DNA of 64,000 nucleotides from IMG/VR virus record IMGVR_UViG_3300034061_006011. The stretch is one strand, 5' to 3'. Below, piece by piece: positions 10,580 to 19,872 of this stretch. The notes under the pieces were generated by a model, which saw only the letters and a list, made by a program, of their open reading frames with translations, was not told the origin of the DNA and ran no database searches. Each line of letters opens with the position of its first letter. Position 1 is the stretch's first letter. Made by a program: the position numbers and the translations under genes. Origin of the DNA: a virus. Lineage: Duplodnaviria > Caudoviricetes.

Positions 10580-11545
10580 ATGAAAAAAGAATTATTAGAT
10601 ATCATGGAATCAATTAAATCAAAATTGAATGAATTAGAATCGAAAATAAATTTAATTGAAGAAACACAACCAACTGCTATTGTTCCAGAACCAATTCCAG
10701 AACCAATTCCAGAACCTGTTCCAGAACCTGTTCCAGAACCTGTTCCAGAACCAATTCCAGAACCTGTAGTAGATCCATTATTGCCTTTGAAGAATTTTGT
10801 TAATTTACAAGAATGGGTTGAAGCTGTTCCTCCAGACCTTATTTGTGACGAAACAAGCCATGAAGACAAAATGGATAGAGCAAGAGGAATTAGAGATATT
10901 TTTTATTCTGGATATGCTTTTGAAGGAAAGAAAATATTGGATCTTGGGACAGGCTACGGTCATTTAGTAGAAGCAATCACAGAAAGAAATCCAGCTTTTG
11001 TTGTCGGATATGATATAAGAAATGAGTTTCAAGTTGGAAACAAAAGCAATTCTTTGCTCACAACTTCTTGGGACGATGTAGTTAACAATGGTCCTTATGA
11101 TTTGATTTATCTTTATGATGTTCTTGATCATGTGGAACATGATTCTCCAACAGGAGTAATGAACGCCGCAAAATCGGTTCTCGCTGATAATGGTGTTATC
11201 AGAATACGTTGCCATCCACTGATTTCAAGACATGGCGGTCATACTTACAATAAAGTAAATAAATCTTATGCACATCTAATTCTTACAAGAGAAGAATTGG
11301 CTTCATTAGGTCATGATTTTAAAAATTACCCAACACAAAAAGTTATATATCCAATGAAAATGTATCGAGGACTTATTGCTGGTGCTGGATTAAAAATGAT
11401 TTCAGAAAATGTTGTGACAGAACCAGCAGAACAATTTTTCCTTCAAGGAGAATCAGCCGAAAGAATAAAAAGAAACTTGGGAATTGGCAATCTTCTAATC
11501 CCACAAATGGGAATGCAATTTTTAGATTATACTGTAAGTAAATAA
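10580..11545 (+). CDS. Class I SAM methyltransferase with N-terminal coiled coil and (PEP[IV])7 linker
   Basis: ILDLGTGYG, VGYD, YDLIYLYDVLDHVE. Confidence 0.8.
   Translation: MKKELLDIMESIKSKLNELESKINLIEETQPTAIVPEPIPEPIPEPVPEPVPEPVPEPIPEPVVDPLLPLKNFVNLQEWVEAVPPDLICDETSHEDKMDRARGIRDIFYSGYAFEGKKILDLGTGYGHLVEAITERNPAFVVGYDIRNEFQVGNKSNSLLTTSWDDVVNNGPYDLIYLYDVLDHVEHDSPTGVMNAAKSVLADNGVIRIRCHPLISRHGGHTYNKVNKSYAHLILTREELASLGHDFKNYPTQKVIYPMKMYRGLIAGAGLKMISENVVTEPAEQFFLQGESAERIKRNLGIGNLLIPQMGMQFLDYTVSK
10684..10767 (+). repeat. 12-bp coding tandem repeat (CCAGAACCAATT / CCAGAACCTGTT / CCAGAACCTGTA), 7 units
   Basis: Seen directly; encodes PEPI/PEPV. Confidence 0.9.
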
Positions 11546-11583
11546 TTAATCACAAAAAGAGTATATAATACAAGGAGGACGCT

Positions 11584-12183
11584 ATGGCTGATATAGTCAC
11601 TGGTCTTGGAATACAGATATTTGACAAGACATATACCGGAAGCGACACTTCCAAAATAGCTAATGTTACTTCAGGAAAACTTCTTGTTGATGCAGGAATT
11701 GTTTCTGTTGTCAATTCCGGTACTCAATTAATAGCAGGCACACAAAATGCTGGTACAGTCTACACAAGTGGCTTAATAACCGTTCAAGGCACTACATCAG
11801 GCGTTCAACTACCTGTAACCATTGGCGAAATAACATCAAATACAATCGCTGTCTATAACACAGCAGCTAATGTTACAACTACATCAAGCTCAATCGTTAC
11901 CTATTATGACGTAACAGCGGGAACTACTTTTTACTTAAAAGAAATTATCGCAAGCGCATCTTCTGGTCCAGTTAAAGTGATTGTAGAATACGCAGCAGCT
12001 GCAACCGGAGCTTCTTCTGGAACTTATGCAGTTGGATTCTTCTCATCAGCAAATCCAACGATTACAATGCCATTTTACCAGCCTATAGCCGTAACTGGTC
12101 CAATATACCTAAGAGTAACAATGAAGAACGATTCAGCGTTTACTCAAGATCTTTATGCAACAATAATCGGTAGAACTATATAG
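11584..12183 (+). CDS. Probable virion structural beta-sandwich protein
   Basis: Thr/Ser/Gly-rich beta-type composition; AGGAGG SD; ends in TIIG like 34027..34668. Confidence 0.55.
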   Translation: MADIVTGLGIQIFDKTYTGSDTSKIANVTSGKLLVDAGIVSVVNSGTQLIAGTQNAGTVYTSGLITVQGTTSGVQLPVTIGEITSNTIAVYNTAANVTTTSSSIVTYYDVTAGTTFYLKEIIASASSGPVKVIVEYAAAATGASSGTYAVGFFSSANPTITMPFYQPIAVTGPIYLRVTMKNDSAFTQDLYATIIGRTI

Positions 12184-12187
12184 TTCT

Positions 12188-13204
12188 ATGTACATTCAAT
12201 ATCTCTTGAATTTAAACACAAGTGTAATCCGTTATAATGGTTCAGGTCAATTTGAACTAGTTGGTCAAGCATTAACAAATTTAGTAGATTCTTTCAATGG
12301 ATCTGGATCATTTGAAATGTTCGGCAGTGCAGCAGAACAAGCTCTTAAATTAAAATATATATCTGGAGGTTCTTTTGAATTATTTGGATCTGCTCCACCA
12401 AATATTCCAGTAAAATACACAGACGCAGTAAAATTCTTTATAAATCAATATGGAACCAATTACGCAAATCAAAAATTCAGAATTGTACAAATAGGCGGAA
12501 GTCCAACAAATCCTGTCTACGTTGCAGTTAACGAAGAAGGAGCACAAAGCTTTAGTAACAACACACTATTCAGCGATTCTGAAATAGTAAACGTATTAAC
12601 AAACAAATATGCAAATGATATTCAAAAATATCATGATAAAATTGATTATATCAACCAAAAACTTAACACCATTCCTCTGCCAACAGATGAAAATAACTTG
12701 ATGTCTCTTAAGTTCAATTTAAAAGATTACTTTACTGATAAACAAAATGAAAACAACCAAATAATATCCATATTTGGATTCTCAAATTTTCCTAATTATA
12801 ATAGTGAAAAACAAACAGCAACTAATTCGGAAGCTTTAACTCCAACAGAAAACGTAGGATATAGAACAAATGTTTATGATAAAGCAATAAATAAGTACAA
12901 CAATAAGATAAGCGAGATTAATCAAAGACTTTCTGGCTTGACTCCACCGACACCAGAAAACAATTATACAAATTTAAAATTCACAATAAATCAAGACCTT
13001 TTTGGATATAATAAATATGAACCAATAGAAGTGATTGCTGGAAATATAAATAACAAATATTATGTTACTGATCAATCAGTGTACACCCAAGAAAATGCTT
13101 TTGATCCTGTTGATAAGAATAAATATCTCAAAATTAAATATGAAAATTTGTTAGATACATACATAAACAAACTTGATAAAATAAATGGGAGGCTAGATGC
13201 CTAG
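12188..13204 (+). CDS. Hypothetical protein with internal duplication
   Basis: ORF track; two similar KI.EIN..L...P.PT.ENN...LKF segments. Confidence 0.6.
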   Translation: MYIQYLLNLNTSVIRYNGSGQFELVGQALTNLVDSFNGSGSFEMFGSAAEQALKLKYISGGSFELFGSAPPNIPVKYTDAVKFFINQYGTNYANQKFRIVQIGGSPTNPVYVAVNEEGAQSFSNNTLFSDSEIVNVLTNKYANDIQKYHDKIDYINQKLNTIPLPTDENNLMSLKFNLKDYFTDKQNENNQIISIFGFSNFPNYNSEKQTATNSEALTPTENVGYRTNVYDKAINKYNNKISEINQRLSGLTPPTPENNYTNLKFTINQDLFGYNKYEPIEVIAGNINNKYYVTDQSVYTQENAFDPVDKNKYLKIKYENLLDTYINKLDKINGRLDA

Positions 13205-13535
13205 TTATACTGCAAGCGGTGGTTTAAAAGTAGGCATTTGTTCAAAGTATTGGATGACTAAAAATTATCCATACAAATGGAGACCCGGAGATGTTTTATT
13301 CTCTAAACAAAAAGCATTAGTAGGTCAATTTGAAAAAGTTGCTATTAAAGATGTAAGAATTATTATGAATCAATCAACAGTTGGAAAATTGTTTTTCATT
13401 TATGTTGATAGCCTCAATTCTTTGTGGAATGAAAATGATCTTGTTCAAGAATATGATGCTTTGTTAATGGCTAAAATGTATTATGAAAAGAAAATAGCAG
13501 AAACAGTTAGCGCAAGCTATTGTTGCAATCTTTAA
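13197..13535 (+). CDS. Hypothetical protein
   Basis: ORF track; overlaps previous stop. Confidence 0.6.
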   Translation: MPSYTASGGLKVGICSKYWMTKNYPYKWRPGDVLFSKQKALVGQFEKVAIKDVRIIMNQSTVGKLFFIYVDSLNSLWNENDLVQEYDALLMAKMYYEKKIAETVSASYCCNL

Positions 13536-14626
13536 TCCATCATAACGATTTCTTCAACTGTTTTGACTTCTAGTTTTTCCCAAAGATCTTTATTAAGGAA
13601 TATGTGATCACATGGATCAGATCCAATAGGTAAATATCTACCTCTACATCTGTTATTGAAAACAGTTGTAGGGATGCCACAAAGTAAACTGTAAGACTTC
13701 AACCATGTGTCAGCAGATATTACTTTTTCTACGGAATGAAGTATCTTTAAGAATATTGATAAATCTATGGGAGTGCTAGATTTATTTCCTGTCATTCTAT
13801 TTGAGGTAAGAAACCAATTGTTTTCACGATTTGGTTTCCATTTATAGAATTCTTTATCACCATCAGATCCAGTTGTTATTACATTGTATCCAAGACCAAG
13901 ATATTTATTAACAATGCAATCGTATTCAAAAACTTCTAAATATCTTTGTCTGTTTGAATCTCTTACTGAGCCGCTTGGTTGAATTATTATTGATTTTTGA
14001 CTTTCAAAATGTGGATGCTTGCCAAACTTTTCAATCCAATTAGTTTTAAAAACCATTCTTTGTTTGTAATAGTTTATATCTCTGCCCCAGTCACCGTAAT
14101 CTAATCCTTTTGCAAGATGTCCGCTTGCTTTAAAATTAATCTTTTTTATCATATAGTCGTAAACTACATTTGCATTTTTTGAACCCATTAAGTTTCTTGC
14201 AACGTAATTATCAAGTCTGAAAAATTGTAAAAATTCTCTACAGAAATCCATACTGCCAGTATTAGCAAAAAATGCAACTTGTGCGTTGGGATCTTCATGA
14301 CAACATGCAAGAAGAAGAATTAAGTCGCCTGTACCACCAAAATTTAAATACCAATTTTTAGAAGGTAACAAAAATTCTTTCAAGCCTCTTACAGCATTGA
14401 AAGCAATATTCTCTTCTAAAAGTTTTCTTTTATTTGTAGATAACTGATCTCTTTTTATCGTGCTTATGATGGTGTGTTTATTAGAAACAGGGTTTCTCCC
14501 CACAGGGGGAGAAATTGTTTCATTCAGCTTTTCAACATTCTTGTTTTGTTTGAACTTGGCTTCAAACTGAGCTTGCTTGAGGAGTCTTTCAATATCTTCC
14601 CGCTTAATATTACTCTGGTGATTCAT
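13532..14626 (-). CDS. GT9-like glycosyltransferase
   Basis: GGTGDLILL; IIIQPSGS; VISADTWLKSYSLLCGIPT. Confidence 0.6.
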   Translation of the reverse strand: MNHQSNIKREDIERLLKQAQFEAKFKQNKNVEKLNETISPPVGRNPVSNKHTIISTIKRDQLSTNKRKLLEENIAFNAVRGLKEFLLPSKNWYLNFGGTGDLILLLACCHEDPNAQVAFFANTGSMDFCREFLQFFRLDNYVARNLMGSKNANVVYDYMIKKINFKASGHLAKGLDYGDWGRDINYYKQRMVFKTNWIEKFGKHPHFESQKSIIIQPSGSVRDSNRQRYLEVFEYDCIVNKYLGLGYNVITTGSDGDKEFYKWKPNRENNWFLTSNRMTGNKSSTPIDLSIFLKILHSVEKVISADTWLKSYSLLCGIPTTVFNNRCRGRYLPIGSDPCDHIFLNKDLWEKLEVKTVEEIVMMD

Positions 14627-14900
14627 CTGTTGGTCTGCTTTTTAAATATCTGTTTAATGCTGTCATAATTCTTCCTTTAATATCAGGATCATCCACAAAT
14701 GGAATCATTTTTTTAACAATTGATGCCAACTTTGTTGCATCTAAACCTTCGAAAGCAGTCATCAAAATATTTAGACCACCTGTTCCAGCAGTCCCAAGTT
14801 CTTTAGCTTTTGCTTTGTAGTCTGTAATTGCAGCAGAAGCACTTATGGGAACATTTTCATTAAACTGCTGACACCATTCGCCAAATTTCTTAATAGCCAT
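14610..14900 (-). CDS. Small protein with CTS-like start
   Basis: MAIKKFGEWCQQFNE. Confidence 0.6.
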   Translation of the reverse strand: MAIKKFGEWCQQFNENVPISASAAITDYKAKAKELGTAGTGGLNILMTAFEGLDATKLASIVKKMIPFVDDPDIKGRIMTALNRYLKSRPTDESPE

Positions 14901-15037
14901 TGTTAGCCTTTCATATTTTTACATATCTTGTTCAAAATCATCAGGTCTCATTATGTGACGCTTTTTTGGTCGTTCTTCAAATTCGTCATCACTACTATGA
15001 TATTTAGTAAGATATTTCTTTATTTTGCTACGCCAAG
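14896..15037. repeat. 142-bp direct repeat, copy 1
   Basis: Matches 15803..15944 with a few substitutions. Confidence 0.92.
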
Positions 15038-15060
15038 AAGAATATTTAATTTCCCAATAG

Positions 15061-15807
15061 CTAAAGATTAGTTTTGGGATAAAGTATTATGTCACAAGAA
15101 CTATGGTAAGGATATTGTTTAATCATTCTTTCTTTAGATATAGGTGTATTTTTTTGATCAAAAACATTGTAACCAAGTTCATATATGTGATCAATAAATA
15201 AAGGTATGCCTCCATGTTTAATATGATCAATGTAAAGAGAGAGTTCTAAAAGAATGATTGGTTTAAATTTATCAATTGTTTCTTTTGCCCCAAGAAGAAC
15301 TTTGTGTTCATAACCTTCAACGTCAATTTTCAATAAATCTACACGATTTAGATTCTTGCAGTAATCGTCAAGTGTAATTAATTCTGTATCAAAAACAGTT
15401 GGTTGTAATTCAAGAGCACCGGGACTTACTGGAAGATTTATTTCTTGTCCATCTCCACACATTACCCATGAATTGAGCAATTTAACATTTTTAAGAGAAC
15501 TCTTTGAATCGCTAATTCCAACTTGATTATAAACACATTTATCTCCAAATGATTCCAATAATTTCTTACTGCTTTCGATCATGCATGGAGATGGCTCAAA
15601 TAAATGAACTTTTGAATATCCTAGTAGAAGAAAAGAATGAGCCATTCCTCCTATGTTTGATCCTACGTCTAAAGCAACACTTTCATTGTCTTTGAGTGCT
15701 TTTTCCATAGCTTGTTGAAAAGCTGGACCATTTGAAGCCATTGATTGATTTTCAAGGGATTGCTGTGGTGGTTTGTTTTTTGAAGGTTTGTTGCCTGAAT
15801 ATGCCAT
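15061..15807 (-). CDS. FkbM-family methyltransferase
   Basis: ALDVGSNIG, FEPSP, LDDY..VDLLKIDVEGYEHKVLLGA. Confidence 0.9.
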   Translation of the reverse strand: MAYSGNKPSKNKPPQQSLENQSMASNGPAFQQAMEKALKDNESVALDVGSNIGGMAHSFLLLGYSKVHLFEPSPCMIESSKKLLESFGDKCVYNQVGISDSKSSLKNVKLLNSWVMCGDGQEINLPVSPGALELQPTVFDTELITLDDYCKNLNRVDLLKIDVEGYEHKVLLGAKETIDKFKPIILLELSLYIDHIKHGGIPLFIDHIYELGYNVFDQKNTPISKERMIKQYPYHSSCDIILYPKTNL

Positions 15808-15944
15808 TGTTAGCCTTTCATGTTTTTACATATCTTGTTCAAAATCATCAGGTCTCATTATGTGACGCTTTTTTGGTCGTTCTTCAAATTCGTCATCACT
15901 ACTATGATATTTAACAAGATATTTCTTTATTTTGCTACGCCAAG
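15803..15944. repeat. 142-bp direct repeat, copy 2
   Basis: Covers the 3' end of 15826..16158, the intergenic AAAGGC and ATGGC. Confidence 0.92.
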
Positions 15945-16158
15945 TAGCAACTTTTTGTTGATTAACATCAAGGATGGCAGAGAAACCCCTGCCATCCCCG
16001 ATTACACGAAGAAAATCATCCCAGAAAGAATCTCCACCAATATCAATACCCCGTGCTATTAGCTCCAGAGCTTGCTCATCGGTACGCTTTCTATCTTCTT
16101 CCTTATAAGATCGAATACTTTCATTTAAACTAGCAAAATTTGCCATTTCACCACTCAA
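15826..16158 (-). CDS. Hypothetical protein
   Basis: ORF track; its C-terminus is duplicated at 14896..15037. Confidence 0.65.
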   Translation of the reverse strand: MSGEMANFASLNESIRSYKEEDRKRTDEQALELIARGIDIGGDSFWDDFLRVIGDGRGFSAILDVNQQKVATWRSKIKKYLVKYHSSDDEFEERPKKRHIMRPDDFEQDM

Positions 16159-16459
16159 TGCTAACGACTTTTAACAAATCACTGGCGGTCCCAGCTGCAT
16201 ATGTTCTCTTTAAATAGAGTGCATTTAAACCATAAGCAACAACAGTATCCATGTTTTTTCCAGCAATATTAGCACCAGAACCTGTGCCACCTTCTGAACC
16301 ATTTGTCAAAGATGACAACCAAGATGATCTTGCATTAACTTGAGCAGAAGCTTCTGTCACAGTTTCATTACCAACCAAATTAATATTATATGGGAGAGAT
16401 GCACTCTCTGGATTAGCTAAATTTAATGTAAATGTAATTGTAGGTTTTGGATTAGCCAC
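16148..16459 (-). CDS. Small hypothetical (possibly structural) protein
   Basis: GTG start with AAGGAG SD. Confidence 0.6.
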   Translation of the reverse strand: MANPKPTITFTLNLANPESASLPYNINLVGNETVTEASAQVNARSSWLSSLTNGSEGGTGSGANIAGKNMDTVVAYGLNALYLKRTYAAGTASDLLKVVSIEW

Positions 16460-16667
16460 GGTTTCTCCTTTTTTTATTATGTTTTCTATATCTATCTTTC
16501 TTAGCGCAATTTATTCCTAAAAATTTGCAATCAGATACAGGAACCTCACCTAATGGTCTGGCTTCAACAGCTCCATATTTACTTTTTAAACCAGAATTTT
16601 GCATGATGGCATCATTGTAATGACTGCCTACAACTGGTCCACCTGCCCATTCCCAAAAAGTTAACAT
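16452..16667 (-). CDS. Basic micro-protein with CTS-like start
   Basis: Start reassigned to 16667 (TAAATA 4 nt upstream; MLTFWEW); C-terminus KKDRYRKHNKKRRNRG. Confidence 0.55.
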   Translation of the reverse strand: MLTFWEWAGGPVVGSHYNDAIMQNSGLKSKYGAVEARPLGEVPVSDCKFLGINCAKKDRYRKHNKKRRNRG

Positions 16668-16674
16668 GACATAT

Positions 16675-17277
16675 TTACTTGCGTAGAAACAAATTATTAT
16701 CCAAAACTTCATAATTTCTTTTTTTGAATTCCAATACCATACCACGTTTACTCAAAACCATGATATTTGAACTCTTAATTTTGTCTAAAAATTTAAAATC
16801 ATTCACATCTTTTAAGTTAAAAAATACAATCGCTTCTTTGGTATCAAATGTTTTTAATGCAATATCTATAGTATCATGCACTATAAACGCCTTGCTTAAT
16901 CTATTTGATATGGATTTTATATTATTAGAATATTCGTCAACATCAAGTTTAGTTAACTTCTGTTTTACTTCATTTCTTTTCTTGTTAAGATACATTTCCA
17001 AGTAATCATTAATAATTAAGTCTTGTTTGGTGAAATGATATTTCTTGATATAATCTATAAAAATATCTGGCTTATCTCTTAAATAACGAAGAAGCATGCA
17101 TTGTTCTTTATCAGAACAATGAATAATTTCTTCTTCTCTTTTTTCTTCAGGAAGATATATGTCTTCAGAAAAATTTAATAAAACAAATTCAGATTTATCA
17201 ATTTGCTCTTTTATTTTTTCACATGTTTTTTTGCTTATCTTCTTGAACTTGTTCCTGAAAATATTCTTAACAAACAT
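16675..17277 (-). CDS. Hypothetical protein
   Basis: ORF track. Confidence 0.55.
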   Translation of the reverse strand: MFVKNIFRNKFKKISKKTCEKIKEQIDKSEFVLLNFSEDIYLPEEKREEEIIHCSDKEQCMLLRYLRDKPDIFIDYIKKYHFTKQDLIINDYLEMYLNKKRNEVKQKLTKLDVDEYSNNIKSISNRLSKAFIVHDTIDIALKTFDTKEAIVFFNLKDVNDFKFLDKIKSSNIMVLSKRGMVLEFKKRNYEVLDNNLFLRK

Positions 17278-17282
17278 AATAC

Positions 17283-17471
17283 CTACTTTTTTACTTCATA
17301 TATGATCTTTTTGCAATTTTCACAGACAACGTCATATTGTCCATAACCTCTTTTGGAGCCTTGCCAAAAAAATTTGTTATCTTGATTATCTTTACAGCAT
17401 GGAACGCACTTGGCGCTCATCCTTTTTTTGCCATTGTCTGTTATAATTTCAAAAAAACAATCTTCATACAT
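17283..17471 (-). CDS. Small Zn-ribbon protein
   Basis: CxxC(C) and CxxC pairs. Confidence 0.55.
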   Translation of the reverse strand: MYEDCFFEIITDNGKKRMSAKCVPCCKDNQDNKFFWQGSKRGYGQYDVVCENCKKIIYEVKK

Positions 17472-17511
17472 ACAATAATTAAGTTATTTTGTTGAAAAAT
17501 ACAAACACTAT

Positions 17512-17519
17512 TATAAATA
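17512..17519 (+). promoter_or_regulatory. T4-type late promoter TATAAATA
   Basis: Exact T4 late consensus 4 nt before ATG 17524. Confidence 0.65.
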
Positions 17520-17523
17520 ATAT

Positions 17524-18828
17524 ATGAGACATTTTCATCCTACCACTGTACATCTAATGCGTGAATGTGCAACCTTGTTTTGCAAAACAAAAATAGACCC
17601 ATATCTTTACCTAGAAAGATTCATAGAAGTAAACAAGTCTTTCTTCGTAGAAAATGCACAAGTCAAATTCGCCACCCTACTGCTAGAAGCAGATGCAGCT
17701 GGTGGTAGAGACTGGGATCAATACATGAGACAAATGCATGCCTATTGGACAGGAGGACAAGCAGGCATGACTAAAGAAAAATCAGATATATCATATAGCT
17801 ACAATCAAGCTATGAAACATATAGGAAATATGTTAGAATTAGTTAATCAGAATCCAGAAGCTGATGATCCAGCTGTTTTAAGACAAGTAAAAAACAATCT
17901 TAATAAATTAAAATTAAGTTTTGATAATGTCAAACCAATGATTGACAATGTCAGAGACAGAATTATGAATGTCGCTGTTAATAAAATGCAAGGAACCGCT
18001 GCTCCTCTTGCTGGATCTGTTGATTTTAGCCAATTTAGCAATCTGAAAGATGAACAAGTTTTCCCAAAAATGGCAGATATAATCTCAAGGAATCCAGCTG
18101 CTAATACGCCTGAAGGTAAATTCTTGAATATGGTCAAAAACAATCCACTAAGATTCGGTGATACTGCAATAAATGATGCTAAGACACAGCTTCAATTTGT
18201 TGATGAAAGATTAGCTAAAAAAATAATAAAAGACCAAAGATTGATTAGAACCAATGTTATGAGGTCTGGATCGAGTGCTGGAAAAATAAAAATTTACAGT
18301 ATACTTAAAAACAGTTTATTTGGGGTGTTAACACCAGATATAAAATCAGTTTTGATAAAATTTTTCGGAGACGAAAATGCTGTGTTATTGGCATTCTTAA
18401 AGTTCAAAAATATTATGCCACAACAAGATGCACCAAGTAGAATGGAGACTAATCCAACAAAAATTCAAGAAAACAATCAGAACATTGATCGCATACAAAA
18501 TAAATTAACACCAATAATAACCAGTCTAAAATTAAGAATACCTGCAATTACAAACTTGAAAGATATTGTTAAATATGTAAATAACAATAATCCTCCCATC
18601 AATGATCCTACAAATATTATAAATAGAGTTGCAGTTGCAATGGGACCGGGTACAAACCCAGTAAATCTTGCAAATAGTTTTAAATTTGTATTAGATATAA
18701 TTAATAACTATGGTAACGTACCACCCGCTAACAGAAAGTTTTTTAAAGCACAAAACGAAAATTTTAAACTACTATATCAAATGTTAGATAATTTCAGTGC
18801 TGCCTTAGCTGGGTTGCCAACTCCTTAA
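17524..18828 (+). CDS. Hypothetical late protein
   Basis: 434 aa ORF behind the late promoter. Confidence 0.7.
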   Translation: MRHFHPTTVHLMRECATLFCKTKIDPYLYLERFIEVNKSFFVENAQVKFATLLLEADAAGGRDWDQYMRQMHAYWTGGQAGMTKEKSDISYSYNQAMKHIGNMLELVNQNPEADDPAVLRQVKNNLNKLKLSFDNVKPMIDNVRDRIMNVAVNKMQGTAAPLAGSVDFSQFSNLKDEQVFPKMADIISRNPAANTPEGKFLNMVKNNPLRFGDTAINDAKTQLQFVDERLAKKIIKDQRLIRTNVMRSGSSAGKIKIYSILKNSLFGVLTPDIKSVLIKFFGDENAVLLAFLKFKNIMPQQDAPSRMETNPTKIQENNQNIDRIQNKLTPIITSLKLRIPAITNLKDIVKYVNNNNPPINDPTNIINRVAVAMGPGTNPVNLANSFKFVLDIINNYGNVPPANRKFFKAQNENFKLLYQMLDNFSAALAGLPTP

Positions 18829-18977
18829 CGTCTCTTTTTCTTTTTCTTATTGCATCCTAAATCGGACATAGCACCCCAAACTTGGAAGTTTGGGTTGTTT
18901 TTGTCTTTACAACTAACAATAGCTCCAGTTCCAGCCATTTCTAATTTTAATAACCATTTCTTAAATTCGATATTCAT
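18825..18977 (-). CDS. Basic micro-protein with CTS-like start
   Basis: MNIEFKKWLLKLE...CNKKKKKRR; start reassigned from 19109. Confidence 0.55.
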   Translation of the reverse strand: MNIEFKKWLLKLEMAGTGAIVSCKDKNNPNFQVWGAMSDLGCNKKKKKRR

Positions 18978-18993
18978 GATCATATATATTCTC

Positions 18994-19254
18994 ATGAATT
19001 TAAACTTTAAAAAATGGCTCACTGAAGCCGCTCCAGCCGCTCCAGCACCAGCAGCGGCTACTGCTCCATCTGGTGGTGGAGGATCGCCCGGAGGCGGTTT
19101 AACAGGCACAGGAACGGCATTTAAATATACACCATCAAATAGTAATAAAAATAATTGGGCAAAGACACCAGATCAATGGTACAAAAGAGATATTGCAAAT
19201 AAATTTAACAAAGGATGCAGCGGATCACCTTGTCCCAAAAGTCTAACTGGTTGA
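18994..19254 (+). CDS. Low-complexity small protein with CTS-like start
   Basis: MNLNFKKWLTEAAPAAP...; start reassigned from 18850. Confidence 0.6.
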   Translation: MNLNFKKWLTEAAPAAPAPAAATAPSGGGGSPGGGLTGTGTAFKYTPSNSNKNNWAKTPDQWYKRDIANKFNKGCSGSPCPKSLTG

Positions 19255-19356
19255 TTCAAAATTTAATTCAACACGCATATATACAAATGTCAAATGTGTT
19301 AAAAAACAATTTATGACAAAAACACTAAGTATTTTTAATAAAATTTAGGAGGAAAA

Positions 19357-19686
19357 ATGGGAGCTACATCAGTAACAGGAGTTGGTCAAGGCAGCGCAGA
19401 ATCTGCATGCAAAGGCGCACCGGGTCGTCAGACCCTCGGAGTTGGTCATCTAATCGGACCACACGTTGTTAGCGCAGGAACAACTACACTAGCTGGCGGT
19501 ACAAAAGCACTTGAAATCGCACCACTAACAGGTGTTGCAGCTGATTATATCGTACTTGCTACAGACTATACCGCTGCTGCGGCAGTTAAAGCTGTTCTTA
19601 CAGTTTCTAGCGATATCTGGACTATTACCTTCACAGGCACAAGCACAGATGTTATTCAGTATGCAGTTGTAAGCGTTGGCAACTGA
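19357..19686 (+). CDS. Probable small virion structural protein
   Basis: AGGAGG SD; Ala/Thr/Gly-rich beta composition; followed by a terminator. Confidence 0.6.
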   Translation: MGATSVTGVGQGSAESACKGAPGRQTLGVGHLIGPHVVSAGTTTLAGGTKALEIAPLTGVAADYIVLATDYTAAAAVKAVLTVSSDIWTITFTGTSTDVIQYAVVSVGN

Positions 19687-19707
19687 ATTTAATAATTAAA
19701 TAAATAT

Positions 19708-19745
19708 AAAACCGTATTAAAGTTATTTTAATACGGTTTTTTTAT
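19708..19745 (+). terminator. Rho-independent terminator
   Basis: AAAACCGTATTAAA / TTTAATACGGTTTT stem plus T-run. Confidence 0.75.
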
Positions 19746-19872
19746 GTAAAAATAATTAGAAATATATGCCGCTGATATCGAACCTCATGAAGAAATCATG
19801 AATAAATAACATTAATCATTTGTAATAATTTTATTTTGTTCGGCACCTCTAAATATTGTTAGAGGTGCAAAA

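Noticed and set aside
10567-10869. Minus-strand GSGT-repeat ORF
   Set aside because: Antisense shadow of the PEP repeat in the methyltransferase
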